A stretch of DNA of 64,000 nucleotides from Entomortierella parvispora E1425 (lineage: Eukaryota > Fungi > Mortierellomycota), in NCBI GenBank assembly GCA_020891255.1, contig BQFW01000001.1:930001-994000 (forward strand), written 5' to 3'. Under the pieces are notes generated by a model. It did not search any database. It worked only from the letters and a program-made list of their open reading frames with translations, and was not told the DNA's origin. Of this stretch, positions 63,513 to 64,000 are shown in pieces. The translations under genes and the position numbers were made by a program. How positions within the stretch are numbered: the stretch's first letter is position 1; every line of letters begins with the position of its first letter.

Positions 63513-64000
63513 GAATCAGGGGATTCACCCGCGGTTACTTGATTAATTCCTCGGCTGCCGTTGCCGTACTTAGGGCAATTGGGACTGATGTGACCCAATT
63601 CGCGGCAGCGGAAGCAGCCACCGTTACGTACAAGGTACTCTCGGTCGGCGGCGGTCAGGGGTGCGGGGCGATCTCGAGAAGGGTTGTTAGTACCGTTGGT
63701 GGGGCGGTTCTGTAAGGAGCGGTGAAGGGTGCCGAGTTGCTTGTGGATATTGTTGAGTTGGATATGAATATTGTCCACTTCCATTGCGTTGGGGTCGGTG
63801 ATACCAGCAGAGGATCCCGAGGCAGCCAGTGCTTTGGCACCGAGTGATGGGTCTCCAGTGTGGAAGATACGACCGAACTCCTCCGCGGCCTTGAAGAGTC
63901 TGGGCAGATCTATGGTGTCGTTGCCTGCATTAACAATGGCCACTTCCAGCATCTGGCGAAGCTGAGTAGGTGCACCACTGAGAAAGGCAGTACGGATAGT
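63491..64000 (-). CDS. Element A gag C-terminal part with CCHC zinc knuckle (5'-partial)
   Basis: …DPNAMEVD…GGCFRCRELGHISPNCPK…*, typical of chromovirus gag. Confidence 0.92.
   Translation of the reverse strand, partial: TIRTAFLSGAPTQLRQMLEVAIVNAGNDTIDLPRLFKAAEEFGRIFHTGDPSLGAKALAASGSSAGITDPNAMEVDNIHIQLNNIHKQLGTLHRSLQNRPTNGTNNPSRDRPAPLTAADREYLVRNGGCFRCRELGHISPNCPKYGNGSRGINQVTAGESPDSGKASGN

Larger units (their letters stand above)
52911..64000 (-). mobile_element. Ty3/Gypsy chromovirus element A (extends past window end), interrupted by element B; 111-bp 3' LTR at 52911-53021
   Basis: gag with CFRCRELGHISPNC knuckle (63491->64000), protease ILIDGGAEGN, RT VVYLDDLLIY, RNase H ETDASGFAIG, integrase HHCC/DDE and chromodomain ending at 53032, PPT AAAAGGGGAAGG. 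Confidence 0.95.

Overview
Intron-rich fungal genomic DNA. Gene style and content suggest an early-diverging fungus such as Mortierellaceae/Mucoromycota; this is an inference. Bases 1 to ~51,900 are gene-dense with ~17 protein genes: SF3B5 (5'-partial), an orphan ORF, an orphan low-complexity protein, hexokinase, a homeodomain TF, a PDR-type ABC transporter, a bacterial-style GNAT acetyltransferase, a coiled-coil/W2-domain protein, casein kinase I, NudC, INCENP, RPA34, mitochondrial uL10, Spt8, the Drs2 flippase, a ~1,600-aa coiled-coil protein and an S9 peptidase. A ~545-bp MITE sits between the ABC and GNAT genes. From ~52,000 to the end the window is a nested stack of chromodomain-bearing Ty3/Gypsy LTR retrotransposons. 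The youngest (54405-61062) has apparently identical 212-bp LTRs and a GAATG target-site duplication (TSD), and splits the pol ORF of an older element, which is itself inserted in further remnants. The most striking signal is that this youngest element has no tRNA-type primer-binding site (PBS). Its PBS position (TTTTTTTCAACG) is instead exactly complementary to the predicted poly(A) junction of its own transcript, suggesting poly(A)-junction self-priming. Gene models were spliced by eye and family calls come from recognised motifs; no database searches were run.
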